NCBI GenBank assembly: GCA_022702935.2
Contig: JAKIML020000053.1
Location: forward strand, 1,245-65,244
From: Bacillota bacterium
GTDB taxonomy: Bacteria > Bacillota > Clostridia > DSM-8532
Reading direction: 5' to 3'
Length of the DNA stretch: 64,000 bases
Shown here: positions 19,608 to 30,160 of the stretch, one piece after another
Position numbering within the stretch: position 1 is the first letter of the stretch
Layout of the letters: each line of letters opens with the position of its first letter
The notes under the pieces: generated by a model
Told to the model about the DNA's origin: nothing
Databases searched by the model: none
Seen by the model: only the letters and a program-made list of their open reading frames with translations
Position numbers and translations under genes: made by a program

Positions 19608-20558
19608 TTATTCCAAATACTCGGTACCGTCGGCCTTAAGCGGATCCAATGTGGAAAAGCCCAGAATTTTTGGATGGCGCAGGCCCCCGTCCAGGGTCCA
19701 TTCCAGAAAACCCACCCATACCGTCAGCCGGGGACTGAACCAGATAATCTGCTGCTGCTCCCTGCGGGATAGATCCGAAATCTCAAAACCCTTTGGCTGA
19801 GCTTTCAAAACGGGCAGGGTTTCCTTAATGAGCCTAAGATGCTCCTGGGTAAGGCCCACCGAGGCCCTTCCTATATAGACCAGCTCCCCCTCCCGATGCA
19901 CCGCCAGAATCAGGGCGTTGGGAAATCCGTCCTTAAGGGTCGCTCCGGCGACCACGGCAAGGATCTTACGCTTCAGCTTTGTTTTGAACCAGTCCCGATG
20001 ATCCTTATAGGGACGGTATGGGCTGCTTCGGCGCTTGGACACAATGCCCTCCCAGCCCTTTTCCCGCATGAGGTCAAAAAGCTCCTGGCCATTGTCAAAA
20101 TCATCGGTGATGGCAATATTGGGGCTGCTTGAAAGATGTTCCCGAAGATAGGCCAGCCGCTCAGAAAGCGGCCTGTCGGTCAACAGACGCCCATTGAGGG
20201 CTAAAAGATCAAAGACAATATACTGGGCAGGGTACTTTCTCTGATAATAGCCCGCCTTTTGGGGATCCCGGACACGCTCCCGGATGAGGCTCAACTGGAA
20301 AGAGGGCTTTTGCTCCGCGTTGAGAATAATGACTTCACCATCCAATACGGCCTGCTGCCCCTTTAAAAGACCGGGCAGCACAGAAAGCTCGGGATAGAAG
20401 GGTGTCCGCTCTCGGCCTTTCTTGGTGTAAAGCCGTATTGCTCCATTCTCTATATAGCTTAAGCCCCGGATACCGTCCCACTTGACCTGGTGCAGAAACT
20501 CTTCGCCCTCCACCACCCTGGGGACCAGTATGGGCGACATGGGTACTATCCAGTCCAT
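19608..20558 (-). CDS. ligD: ATP-dependent DNA ligase (LigD ligase domain as stand-alone protein)
   Basis: 316 aa with adenylation motif I VKWDGIRG, then LDGEVI, WEGIVSKR and WFKTKLKR motifs. Confidence 0.85.
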   Translation of the reverse strand: MDWIVPMSPILVPRVVEGEEFLHQVKWDGIRGLSYIENGAIRLYTKKGRERTPFYPELSVLPGLLKGQQAVLDGEVIILNAEQKPSFQLSLIRERVRDPQKAGYYQRKYPAQYIVFDLLALNGRLLTDRPLSERLAYLREHLSSSPNIAITDDFDNGQELFDLMREKGWEGIVSKRRSSPYRPYKDHRDWFKTKLKRKILAVVAGATLKDGFPNALILAVHREGELVYIGRASVGLTQEHLRLIKETLPVLKAQPKGFEISDLSRREQQQIIWFSPRLTVWVGFLEWTLDGGLRHPKILGFSTLDPLKADGTEYLE

Positions 20559-20570
20559 GGCTCAACCTCA

Positions 20571-21440
20571 TCAGCCCACACCGACCGTCTCCTTCTCGGT
20601 CTTTTTGGAGGTCTTTCTGGTTTTTCCGGGTTTACTAGGCTCGGCTTTGGCCCTGGCCTCCCTGCGGTATTCCTCCGTCTTTTTAAGGCTGGCCTGCAGG
20701 GCGGCCATGAGATCAATGACATTGCGCTGGGGCGCCTCGGGCGCAGAGACAATCTCCTCGCCCTCCACCTTCTTGTGAATCATGGCAAGGAGCGCTTCAC
20801 GGTAATCATCCTTGTATTTTTCGGGCTCAAACTCAGCGGTGAGATTATCAATAAGCTGCCGGGCCATTTGAAGCTCCCGCTCATCCACCGATGTGTCCTC
20901 GGGAACGCCCGGAACCTGCTTAATATCCCGCACCTCATCGGGAAAATAAATGGTTTCCAGCACCAGCAAGTTGTTAAGCACTCTGATTACGGCAAGGGAT
21001 TGCTTGTCCCGGATGGTGATTCGGGCCACAGCAATGCGCCCTGTTTCCTCCATGGCCTTTCTTAAAAGGCTGTAGGCCTTGGCGCCGCCGGTTTCCTGGG
21101 GGGCTAAATAATAGGACTTGTCGAAATAAATGGGGTCGATCTCCTCTAAATGGACAAAATCCAGAATCTCTACGGTCTTGGCCGATTTGGGACGGATGGC
21201 TTCAATATCCTTGTCCTCAATAATCACATAATGGCCGGGCTCGTACTCATAGCCCCGTACAATGTCCTCCGAAGTGATCTTTTCATTGCAGGCGGGGCAG
21301 ATTCTTTCGTTCTTAATGGGGGTTTTGCATTTGTTGTGCAGGTATTTGAAGCGTATATCCCTGTCCTCGGTGGCCGCAAACATTTTGACAGGGATATTGA
21401 CCAGTCCGAAACTGATGGACCCCTTCCACATGGTATGCAT
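20571..21440 (-). CDS. ku: Ku DNA end-binding protein
   Basis: 289 aa. The N-terminus WKGSISFGLVNIPVKMFAATEDRDIRF and the basic Lys-rich C-terminal tail are typical bacterial Ku. Confidence 0.9.
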   Translation of the reverse strand: MHTMWKGSISFGLVNIPVKMFAATEDRDIRFKYLHNKCKTPIKNERICPACNEKITSEDIVRGYEYEPGHYVIIEDKDIEAIRPKSAKTVEILDFVHLEEIDPIYFDKSYYLAPQETGGAKAYSLLRKAMEETGRIAVARITIRDKQSLAVIRVLNNLLVLETIYFPDEVRDIKQVPGVPEDTSVDERELQMARQLIDNLTAEFEPEKYKDDYREALLAMIHKKVEGEEIVSAPEAPQRNVIDLMAALQASLKKTEEYRREARAKAEPSKPGKTRKTSKKTEKETVGVG

Positions 21441-21731
21441 AGTGCTCCTCCAATCAGGCAGGGCAGTGGGTTCTTCCCTGCGGATTTATTATGAGGCCAT
21501 TTATTGACGGCTATTTTTACATAGTGTTGGACGGAGCGGGGCGCATTATGCATGTTTCAAGGCTTAAACGTATAGAAATGAGAGGTGCTTTCAAATGTCA
21601 TAAATTTGAAAAGAATTGACTCTTGACACTCACGGATGCGTTGATATAAGATATATAAGCTTTTCCTTAAAACATGCCCCTCTGCCGAGGCGCATACATT
21701 ATCTAAATAGTTTAATAAGGAGGATAGTCCC

Positions 21732-24002
21732 ATGGCATTTCAAAATCACCCTTCCTATCCTGAAGAACAGCAGCGACTGACCTACACCCTGGAACTGGTT
21801 GATAAAGCTCTTTCTGAATCACAACAGAGCAAAAGCAAGGTCGAGAAGGAAATCGAACGCTTGAAAACTACCGGAATAACCGACAGTTCCCTGGACTATG
21901 TGGATTTGTCCATGAGTTATCGCTTGCAAAGTGTCTTTGCCCTGAGACTGAGAAACCTCCTGGAGGCTCAGAAGAAGCCTTATTTTGCACGCATTGACTT
22001 CCTGGAGGATTGGGCCAGGGAAAAGGAGGTCCTCTATATCGGAAAGATGTGCCTTATTCGGGAAGAGGACATGAAGCCCGTCATCATTGACTGGCGTGCC
22101 CCTGTGGCCAGCCTCTACTACGAAGAGCGCCTCGGAAGAGCCCACTATCTCTGTCCCAAGGGGGATGTGACGGGTGAGCTTATGCTAAAGCGCCAGTTCT
22201 CCATTGAGGATGGACAGCTTAAGAATATTTTTGATATTGATATTACCACCAACGATGAGTTCCTCCAGGGCTATTTGGGCGCCAGCGCCGATACCCGCCT
22301 GAAAGATATTGTCTCCACCATCCAGGCCGAGCAAAACCAGATCATACGCGCCGACATGTGGACACCTCTCATTGTGCAGGGGGCCGCCGGAAGCGGTAAG
22401 ACCACCATTGCCCTCCATCGTATCGCCTATCTGGTCTATACCCACGAAAAGACCTTCAACCCTGAAAGCTTCATGATCATTGCCCCCAATACCCTCTTTC
22501 TGGACTATATTTCTGAAATCCTCCCCGAATTGGGTGTGGATCGGGTGCGCCAGACCACCTTTGAGGATTTTGGTCTGGATCTTATCGGAAAGCGGTTTAA
22601 GTTCAGAAATCCCCATGAAAAGCTGATGCTATTGGCCTCGGGCAAGGACCGGGAAAAGGCGGAAAAGCTGAAAAGAGCCTCCAGCCTTAAATGCTCCATG
22701 GCCTTTAAGGAGCTTTTGGACGTATTTCTGGATGCCGTTGAGGCCTCCATGCTGCCCAAAAAGGATTTTACCCTGTTTAACGAGACGGTGATGAAATATT
22801 CCGAGCTTCAGGATTTGTTCACCCGGGAATATAAGCGGCTCCCTGTGAAAAACCGGCTGGAAGAGATGAAAAAGCACATGACCTATCAAATCTCCAAAAA
22901 TAAGGGGGCTTTTACGGCCAAGTTTGAAAAGGACTGTGCCGACGAGGTGCTGCGCCTTAAGGAGACCATGGAGGATTCCCCGGAGCGGCAGCGGCTTATC
23001 ATCGATATCTTCAATCGCCGGGACTTTAAGCTCAAGGCCCTGGAGCGGGAAGGAAAGAGGGCTGTGAACGATTACCTGGCCAGCATCCTGAAGAAGCAGC
23101 CCTATGAGCACTACAAGGACTTCATCCTGTATCTGAGGGATACGGCCGCCAATGAGGTGGAGGCCTTCACGGCCCAGTGGAGCCAGGAAGTCATCAACTC
23201 CAAAAAAATCGAGATAGAGGATCTGGCCCCCATTATCTACATTAAATACCGTATCCACGGCATTGACAAAAAAATCCCTGTCAGGCATATTGTCATCGAC
23301 GAAGCCCAGGATTTCTCAGCCTTCCAGATTTATGTCCTCAAACAGATAATCAAGGACAGCTCCTTTACCATATTGGGGGACCTGTGCCAGGGCATTCATT
23401 CCTACCGGAGCTTAAAAAGCTGGGAGGAGCTGATGGACGAGGTCTTTACCGACCGCCGGAGCGAGCTTTTAACGTTGGAGCAGAGCTATCGAACTACCAT
23501 TGAGATAATGGATGCAGCCAATATTGTGGCCAGGAAGATGAGCATTCCCGGCGTACCTTTGGCAAAACCGGTTTTCAGGCATGGTGAGCCGGTACGGCTC
23601 ATTTGTGATGCCTCGGAGCAGGAGCGGGATGAGGCCATTGCTCAGCGGATTCAGGAGCTGCTTGATAAAGGCTTCCGCCTGATTGCCGTCATTGCCAAAA
23701 CGGCGGAGTCCTGTGAGCTGATCCACCATCAGCTTAAGAAAAAGGTTAAGGATATTACCCTCATCACGGGGGCAGAGGGAGAATACAACGGCGGCGTGAT
23801 GGTGGTGCCCTCCCATCTGGCCAAGGGCCTTGAATTTGACGCGGTCATTCTGGCAGATGTCTCCGAGGAGGTCTATCAGCTTTCGGATATGGACGCCAAA
23901 CTTCTTTATGTGGCTATGACCCGTGCCATGCATGTTATGGACATTCATTACACAAAACAAATATCTCCTCTAATGGAAGGGTTTTCGTTTGTCGAAATAT
24001 AA
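21732..24002 (+). CDS. helD: HelD / helicase IV-type UvrD-like ATPase (RNA polymerase recycling factor family)
   Basis: 756 aa with Walker A GAAGSGKTTIALHRIAYL, DEAQD and a C-terminal LYVAMTRAMH. The long N-terminal arm with YFARIDF is typical of HelD. Confidence 0.8.
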   Translation: MAFQNHPSYPEEQQRLTYTLELVDKALSESQQSKSKVEKEIERLKTTGITDSSLDYVDLSMSYRLQSVFALRLRNLLEAQKKPYFARIDFLEDWAREKEVLYIGKMCLIREEDMKPVIIDWRAPVASLYYEERLGRAHYLCPKGDVTGELMLKRQFSIEDGQLKNIFDIDITTNDEFLQGYLGASADTRLKDIVSTIQAEQNQIIRADMWTPLIVQGAAGSGKTTIALHRIAYLVYTHEKTFNPESFMIIAPNTLFLDYISEILPELGVDRVRQTTFEDFGLDLIGKRFKFRNPHEKLMLLASGKDREKAEKLKRASSLKCSMAFKELLDVFLDAVEASMLPKKDFTLFNETVMKYSELQDLFTREYKRLPVKNRLEEMKKHMTYQISKNKGAFTAKFEKDCADEVLRLKETMEDSPERQRLIIDIFNRRDFKLKALEREGKRAVNDYLASILKKQPYEHYKDFILYLRDTAANEVEAFTAQWSQEVINSKKIEIEDLAPIIYIKYRIHGIDKKIPVRHIVIDEAQDFSAFQIYVLKQIIKDSSFTILGDLCQGIHSYRSLKSWEELMDEVFTDRRSELLTLEQSYRTTIEIMDAANIVARKMSIPGVPLAKPVFRHGEPVRLICDASEQERDEAIAQRIQELLDKGFRLIAVIAKTAESCELIHHQLKKKVKDITLITGAEGEYNGGVMVVPSHLAKGLEFDAVILADVSEEVYQLSDMDAKLLYVAMTRAMHVMDIHYTKQISPLMEGFSFVEI

Positions 24003-24045
24003 GTTATAATGTTTACTAAAGACGAAATTTTTGAAGGATGGTTAT

Positions 24046-25551
24046 ATGTCAGGAAAGCTCATCCTACCTATAGTCTTTCTCCTTTTATGCTTGACGGTGT
24101 CCGCATGCACCATACAGGCTCATCTGCCCTCGTCTCCTGATGTACTGGGTTCAACGCCTTCGCCAGGAGATTCCGTAAGTCCTGAGCCCCAGGCCACGGG
24201 CTATGATGAGATTCTGGAATTTCGACAAAAAACGCCTTATCTTCCTGACATTCAAACCCTGTCCTCCTTCCCCGGCGTCCTGGAGAGCATTTCATTAACC
24301 CTGGAAGAAATTGTCACCGTTCTGGGAACCCAATTTGACCTCGAAGAAAACAAAGCCCAGGGCTATGATACCTATCATTATCCCCAATATCAGCTCAGCT
24401 TCGATTTTGACAAAGTCAGCAAAAAGCTGTCCACCGTTTATCTTGACGGTGTACCCTATTATGTGTATTCAAGTGCCATCAAGGCTTTGGATCTCAATGG
24501 CGACGGCATGCCTGAAAAGATTGTTGCCTTTGAGAATCAGGTCTTCCTGGGCACTCTTTTGATTGTGGACGGTGCCACAGGGAAAACCACCGCCGCCACC
24601 CTTAATTATTTTAACAATTACTGCGAGATCGAGGTTCTCACAGATTTCGGCAACCAAAAGGAGTGTCTGATTCTCTTAAGAACCCGAGGCGGGAGAAAGG
24701 CAGAAATCTTTTCTTACCGGGACGGTGAGCTTATCAGCGTACTTCCCGATAACCTTGATGCTTTGATACAGGGCTCGTTAGTCTCCCTGGAGGGCCAAAC
24801 TGCCGTATGGGTCAACAACAGCGCAAATATCCTGTACCTCTGCCCGCTGCCTCAACGCATTACTGAAGGCCTGGGTCAATGGACCAATGCAGAGGCCCAT
24901 CGCTATCAGGTCTCCCTTGAGCCCCAGATTTCGGAACGGGGACTTGAACTTAAGGTTGAAACCAGCCTGGAGGTCAAGCTTTCTGACAATTACAACTTCA
25001 TGGAGGGCTCTGAGGGCATTTACTGTGATGTGGCACGGGTGGTTGAGACCTATGTCTATGAGGGACAGGGCCAGTGGCAGAAGGTAAAGACCGAGGGCGG
25101 GCCTAAGTACCAGGAGGGCGTTAAGACCGCACCCACATTGGAAGACCTGTCCATTGCAGGGCTTAAGCTTTATGACTCCTATGAAACCATCGCTCCGGCC
25201 TTCGCCGATCTTTCACAGTATTCAGACGAGGAACTTTACGCAGGCGTTCTTATTGAAAAAGAGGGCGTGCGCGTAGGCATATCCCAGAACATGATTTCCT
25301 ATCTTTCTCTGGAAGAAGGGGCCGTTGAGGCTACCGCTAAGGGGCTTAAGCTTCTGGATTCCCGGGAAATGGTCATTTCCCAATATGGTTTGCCCGATCA
25401 GGGCTTCCTGGATGATGCCACATGGACCTATTATGTCATCGGTGACAACAGCGATGACAATCCCGCTCTGTTCTTCAATACGCTCAATCTTGAATTCGAT
25501 GGGGACAAAGTGTGCAGAATATGGATATCTTCCTATGTTACGGCCTATTGA
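24046..25551 (+). CDS. Lipoprotein of unknown function
   Basis: Signal peptide plus lipobox (LLCLTVSAC). One FG-GAP-like segment (DLNGDGMPEKIV). No family recognised. Confidence 0.55.
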   Translation: MSGKLILPIVFLLLCLTVSACTIQAHLPSSPDVLGSTPSPGDSVSPEPQATGYDEILEFRQKTPYLPDIQTLSSFPGVLESISLTLEEIVTVLGTQFDLEENKAQGYDTYHYPQYQLSFDFDKVSKKLSTVYLDGVPYYVYSSAIKALDLNGDGMPEKIVAFENQVFLGTLLIVDGATGKTTAATLNYFNNYCEIEVLTDFGNQKECLILLRTRGGRKAEIFSYRDGELISVLPDNLDALIQGSLVSLEGQTAVWVNNSANILYLCPLPQRITEGLGQWTNAEAHRYQVSLEPQISERGLELKVETSLEVKLSDNYNFMEGSEGIYCDVARVVETYVYEGQGQWQKVKTEGGPKYQEGVKTAPTLEDLSIAGLKLYDSYETIAPAFADLSQYSDEELYAGVLIEKEGVRVGISQNMISYLSLEEGAVEATAKGLKLLDSREMVISQYGLPDQGFLDDATWTYYVIGDNSDDNPALFFNTLNLEFDGDKVCRIWISSYVTAY

Positions 25552-25658
25552 TTTTTGAGGTAAATGCAGATTGTACTTAAAAATGTTTTGCCGTATAATA
25601 GTGTAAATGCCCATAAGACTATGCGCATTTTGAAAAAATCGATTCAGGAGTGATGAGG

Positions 25659-26360
25659 ATGAAAGGGTTGGCAAAGCTCGAGCTCCGCTATGGTCGTTAT
25701 GCTATTAAGAATCTGACACTGTATATCGCCGCTTTGAATTTGGCGGTTTTTCTTCTGACTCTTGTTATCTATCAGGGAAACATTCTTTCAACTGAACTGG
25801 CTCTGGGTTTATTCCCCCAGCTCGTTCTGAAGGGCCAGGTATGGCGGCTTATTACCTTTATCTTTTTACCCAATACCTATCATCCTATATGGATACTATT
25901 TTCAGTCTATCTTACCTATATGATAGGGGCTTCCCTGGAGAATTACTGGGGCAGGTTCAGACTTAATCTATACTTTTTGGTGGGCATGCTGGGAACCATT
26001 ATTGCCGCTTTTATTACAGGCTATGGTTCAACAGGATATTATCTGAACCTCACCATGTTTTTGGCCTATGCCACGCTCTTTCCCGAGCAGCAGTTCATGT
26101 TGTTCTTTGTCCTTCCCGTAAAGGTCAAGTATCTGGGCTTGCTCAATGCGGGCTATATTCTTTATGAGATGATTTACCACATCCAGTTCAGACAGTGGCA
26201 TATGGTTGCAGCCATCCTTGTTTCGTTATTGAATTATTTCCTCTTCTTTGGCGAGGACTTTATAAAATGGATTAAACTTAAGCGTCAGGTTGCAAAGAAC
26301 CGCCGGCGGTTCTTTGAGCAGGTTCGTCCCTATGATCGGGACCGCGACAGACGCTATTAA
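25659..26360 (+). CDS. Rhomboid-like polytopic membrane protein
   Basis: About 233 aa with 6 TM helices and a [13 protein letters not shown] motif resembling the rhomboid WRLxT motif. The C-tail is Arg-rich. Alternative starts at 25650 and 25653. Confidence 0.45.
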   Translation: MKGLAKLELRYGRYAIKNLTLYIAALNLAVFLLTLVIYQGNILSTELALGLFPQLVLKGQVWRLITFIFLPNTYHPIWILFSVYLTYMIGASLENYWGRFRLNLYFLVGMLGTIIAAFITGYGSTGYYLNLTMFLAYATLFPEQQFMLFFVLPVKVKYLGLLNAGYILYEMIYHIQFRQWHMVAAILVSLLNYFLFFGEDFIKWIKLKRQVAKNRRRFFEQVRPYDRDRDRRY

Positions 26361-26379
26361 GACAGAAAAGGGTGGAGAC

Positions 26380-27282
26380 ATGGATTTAAGAAGTGAAATA
26401 TTAAGACTTAAAGAAGAACGCAATGCTGTTATTGTCGCACATTTCTATCAGGACGGCGAGATTCAGGATATTGCTGACAAAGTGGGGGATTCCTTTGAAT
26501 TGAGCCGCTTCTGTGCCAACACGGATAAACAGGTCATCGTCTTCTGCGGCGTTCATTTTATGGCCGAGAGTGCTAAGATCCTGTCACCGGAAAAGACCGT
26601 TTTGCTTCCGGCCATTGATGCGGGCTGCCCCATGGCTGACATGGCCAAGGTGGACGATCTTAAAAGAATGAAGGAGAAATATCCCGAGGCGGCCGTGGTC
26701 TGCTATGTCAACACCACAGCGGCCATTAAGGCTGAATGTGATATTTGCTGTACCTCGTCCATTGCAGAAAAGGTGGTCAGATCGGTGCCTCAGAAGCAGA
26801 TTCTGTTCCTGCCCGACAGGAATCTGGCTCAATATGTGGCCAAGCAGGTTCCCGAAAAGGAATTCATTTTGTGGCCGGGCTTCTGCCCTACCCATAACGC
26901 ACTGACCACCATGCATGTCCAGGAGGCCCGGGAAGCACATCCCAATGCCCTGCTGGTGGTTCATCCGGAAGCACCTCCCGAGGTGGTGGAACTGGCCGAC
27001 TTTGTGGGAAGCACCAAGCAGATCATTGATTTCTGTACGGCCTCAGAGGCTGAAGCGTTTATCATCGGTACTGAGGAGGGCGTGCTTCACCAGCTTCATA
27101 AGCTCAATCCAGGAAAAAGCTTTCATATGTTGAAATATCGCTTTGTCTGTCCTAATATGAAGAAGACGACCCTTGAGGTTCTCTATGAATCCCTGAGGGA
27201 TATGAAGCATGAAATCACTCTGGATGAGGAAACTATCAAAAAGGCCTCACACAGCCTTGAAAAAATGCTAAAGGTAAAATGA
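26380..27282 (+). CDS. nadA: Quinolinate synthase
   Basis: About 300 aa from [36 protein letters not shown] and the cluster cysteines are present. GGTGGAG RBS upstream. Confidence 0.95.
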   Translation: MDLRSEILRLKEERNAVIVAHFYQDGEIQDIADKVGDSFELSRFCANTDKQVIVFCGVHFMAESAKILSPEKTVLLPAIDAGCPMADMAKVDDLKRMKEKYPEAAVVCYVNTTAAIKAECDICCTSSIAEKVVRSVPQKQILFLPDRNLAQYVAKQVPEKEFILWPGFCPTHNALTTMHVQEAREAHPNALLVVHPEAPPEVVELADFVGSTKQIIDFCTASEAEAFIIGTEEGVLHQLHKLNPGKSFHMLKYRFVCPNMKKTTLEVLYESLRDMKHEITLDEETIKKASHSLEKMLKVK

Positions 27283-27310
27283 CAGATTTATACCGTGAAG
27301 GTGAAATAAG

Positions 27311-28951
27311 ATGACTGAAATCAGAGAGACCGATGCCGGGGAGCAGGAGAGGTATCTGGTAGATTTTGATACCGATACTCTGCCTTATGAGTTCTATGAT
27401 GTTGTGATAGTGGGCAGCGGCATAGCCGGGGTTTATACTGCCCTGTCCACGCCAAGACAAGCCAAAATTCTCATTATCACCAAGGATACCATCGATATCA
27501 ATAATTCGGTACTGGCCCAGGGCGGCATTGCTGTTTCCCTGGACCAGAACGATTCACCCCATCTCCATTTTCAGGATACCATCTATGCAGGGGCGGGCCT
27601 GTGCGATAAGGAAACCGTCAAGGTTCTGGTCAATGAAGCGGCCGAGAATATTGCCACCCTCTGCCTCTATGGCGTCAATTTCGACAGGGACGCCGAAAGA
27701 CGGCTGTCCCTCACACGGGAAGGCGCCCATAGCATGAACCGTATTATACATACCGGGGATGCCACGGGTAAGGAAGTTTGCGACACCCTTGTCCGGGCTG
27801 TTTCGGATCTGGACAATGTGACCATCCGGGAAAGAACCTTTGCCATAGACCTGATTACCCAGGACAATGTCTGCAAGGGTGTTTTAACCTGCAATGAGCA
27901 GGGCGGCGATCTTAAGGCCTATTATGCCCCTATTGTGGTCTGCGCCTCAGGTGGATACGGGCGGCTCTATGCCAGCACCACCAATCCCGAGGTGGCCACG
28001 GGAGACGGAGCGGCTCTCTCCTTCCGTGCCGGGGCCGAGCTGATGGACCTTGAATTTGTACAGTTCCATCCCACCGTGCTCTTCCATCCTGATAATCAGA
28101 GCTTCCTCATCTCAGAAGCCGTGCGCGGCGAAGGCGCCCTCCTGCGCAATCTTAAAGGCGAGCTCTTTATGGAGAATTACCATCCTATGAAGGAGCTGGC
28201 TCCCCGTGATGTGGTCTCCAGAGCCATCTTCCAGGAAATGGAGAAGACGGGCGCACAGCATGTGTATCTGGATATCACCCATAAGGACAGAGCCTATCTG
28301 GAACAGCGTTTCCCCACCATATTCAAAACATGTCTGTCCTATGGCATTGATATGTCCAGGGACTATATTCCGGTAGCCCCCTCCCAGCATTACAGCATGG
28401 GCGGTATCAAAACCGATGAATGGGGCAAGACCAGGATACAGGGCTTCTATGCTGTTGGTGAGGCCGCCTGTAACGGTATTCATGGCGCCAATCGCTTAGC
28501 CTCCAACTCCCTGTTGGAGGGACTGGTCTTTGGCCGGAGAATCGGCCGGCAAATCGCCGAGCATTTGGATGATTTAAAGAAAGCGTCAGGCATTAAGCCC
28601 AGCCTTCGTTATCATAACACGTGGATAGACAAGGATGTGGACGCACCCAAGCTCATAAGGCAGCTCCAGGAGCTGATGAACCATAACGTGGGCATTGTCA
28701 GAAGCAAGGAGAGTCTGGAAAGCGCCATGGAGCGCATCCTCCAAATTCGCAGGGAGCTTAATCATGTGCGTGCGACCGATACCACCATGATGGAGCTTAA
28801 GAATATGCTCTTTCTCTCCAGCCTCCTGGTGAAGGCTGCGTTGATGCGACAGGAGAGCCGGGGTGCTCATTATCGATCTGATTATCCACAGACTGACGAT
28901 CAGAACTGGCTGAATAATATTGTCTTCCAAGGAGGAAACAAGGATGCTTGA
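27311..28951 (+). CDS. nadB: L-aspartate oxidase
   Basis: 546 aa with FAD motif DVVIVGSGIAG, then AQGGIAV, HPT...ISEAVRGEG and RGAHYRSDYP. Confidence 0.95.
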   Translation: MTEIRETDAGEQERYLVDFDTDTLPYEFYDVVIVGSGIAGVYTALSTPRQAKILIITKDTIDINNSVLAQGGIAVSLDQNDSPHLHFQDTIYAGAGLCDKETVKVLVNEAAENIATLCLYGVNFDRDAERRLSLTREGAHSMNRIIHTGDATGKEVCDTLVRAVSDLDNVTIRERTFAIDLITQDNVCKGVLTCNEQGGDLKAYYAPIVVCASGGYGRLYASTTNPEVATGDGAALSFRAGAELMDLEFVQFHPTVLFHPDNQSFLISEAVRGEGALLRNLKGELFMENYHPMKELAPRDVVSRAIFQEMEKTGAQHVYLDITHKDRAYLEQRFPTIFKTCLSYGIDMSRDYIPVAPSQHYSMGGIKTDEWGKTRIQGFYAVGEAACNGIHGANRLASNSLLEGLVFGRRIGRQIAEHLDDLKKASGIKPSLRYHNTWIDKDVDAPKLIRQLQELMNHNVGIVRSKESLESAMERILQIRRELNHVRATDTTMMELKNMLFLSSLLVKAALMRQESRGAHYRSDYPQTDDQNWLNNIVFQGGNKDA

Positions 28952-29777
28952 TCTGTCCATTGTTGATGAAATTATATTAAGAGCCCTCAAAGAGGATATG
29001 CCCATGGGGGATTTAACCACCGACAGCACCGTCCCTGCCGACGAGGTATGCGCTGCCAACCTTATTGCCAAGGAAGCCGGTGTTGTGGCAGGCCTGGATG
29101 TTTTTGAACGGGTCTTTACCCTATTGGATTCCAAGATATACATTGAACGCTATATTGATGAAGGAGATCGGGTTGAAGCCGGTACACGCATTATGCACAT
29201 CTCGGGCAATGCCAGGGCCATGCTCAAGGCCGAAAGAACAGCCCTGAATCTTCTTCAGCGCATGAGCGGCATTGCATCAGCCACCCGGAAGTTTGCCGAT
29301 GTCCTTGAAGGGACCAAATCCAAGATTGTGGATACCCGGAAAACCGCACCCGGTTTGCGCTATCTGGATAAGTATGCGGTTCGGGCTGGCGGCGGCACCA
29401 ACCACAGATTCTGCCTTTCCGACGGAATCCTGATTAAGGATAACCATATCAAGGCTGCGGGCGGCATTACTGAAGCGGTCAAAAGGGCCCGTGCCATGGC
29501 GCCCCATACCATCAGGATCGAGGTGGAGACTGAATCCATGGACATGGTTAAGGAAGCCCTGGAAGCCGGCGCCGATATTATTATGCTGGATAATATGAGC
29601 ATTGAAGCCATGAAAGAGGCGGTGGACTTTATCAACGGCAGAGCGCTCACCGAGGCTTCGGGGAATATTACCCTGGACAGGGCGGAGGCCATCGCAAAAA
29701 CCGGCGTTGACCTGATTTCTTCCGGAAGTCTGACGCATTCTGTCAAGGCTATGGATATCAGCCTTCGATTTGAATAA
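28944..29777 (+). CDS. nadC: Nicotinate-nucleotide diphosphorylase (carboxylating)
   Basis: About 277 aa from MLDLSIVDEI. ERTALNLLQRMSGIA, DTRKTAPGLR and IMLDNM are present. It overlaps the nadB end. Confidence 0.95.
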   Translation: MLDLSIVDEIILRALKEDMPMGDLTTDSTVPADEVCAANLIAKEAGVVAGLDVFERVFTLLDSKIYIERYIDEGDRVEAGTRIMHISGNARAMLKAERTALNLLQRMSGIASATRKFADVLEGTKSKIVDTRKTAPGLRYLDKYAVRAGGGTNHRFCLSDGILIKDNHIKAAGGITEAVKRARAMAPHTIRIEVETESMDMVKEALEAGADIIMLDNMSIEAMKEAVDFINGRALTEASGNITLDRAEAIAKTGVDLISSGSLTHSVKAMDISLRFE

Positions 29778-29930
29778 TCCAAAACCCTTGGCAAGAATGT
29801 CCATTCGACAAAAGATTCTGTAAAATCGCTAAAAAAACAGACATTTTTTGTGTAGAATGGATAAGAAATTTGCCGTATAGTCCTAGTAAAATGTCAATAA
29901 TTGATAAGAAGTTAGGTTGTAATGACGACT

Positions 29931-30069
29931 TGTGGACAAAACGTAAAACTATCCACAGAAAAAGTGCATAAAGGCCAGTAAAATCAGGTGTTACAGTTCA
30001 AAACCCGCATATAAAGCCAGTTTATGACTTATCAACAATATCCACAGGCTTGTGGATATCTGTGGATAA
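29931..30069. promoter_or_regulatory. Cluster of six DnaA-box-like 9-mers
   Basis: The boxes are TGTGGACAA (29931), CTATCCACA (29949), TTATCAACA (30029), ATATCCACA (30038), TGTGGATAT (30051) and TGTGGATAA (30061, perfect reverse complement of TTATCCACA). Each is within one mismatch of the consensus. Confidence 0.6.
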
Positions 30070-30160
30070 GATTGGCTGAGTGAGGATAGAATAAAAAGAT
30101 TTCTTGGGGAAAACATAAGTCTGTACGATTTCGGTTCACCAACAAGGAGGGATTGAAATC

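Noticed and set aside
20490-21065. Long ORFs lie antisense to clear genes. Examples are 20490-21065, 22629-23288, 28586-29143, 44562-45284, 55635-56312 and 58793-59359.
   Set aside because: They are shadow ORFs opposite well-supported genes. They lack RBSs and recognisable motifs, and their composition is Arg/Gly/Pro-skewed, as expected for antisense frames.
29800-30160. The DnaA-box cluster might be the chromosomal origin oriC.
   Set aside because: No dnaA, dnaN or rpmH lies nearby. I could not delimit an obvious AT-rich unwinding element with repeated 13-mers. The flanking genes (nadC, SASP, tRNAs) are not the canonical origin context. I treat it as a secondary DnaA-box cluster instead.
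30070-30160. A sigma-G type forespore promoter might lie upstream of the SASP gene (GAATA ... CATAAGT), with a similar one upstream of ku near 21441-21560.
   Set aside because: The spacer between the candidate -35 and -10 elements is about 20 nt, longer than the 17-18 nt expected. The ku candidate matches the consensus poorly. The evidence is not strong enough to annotate.
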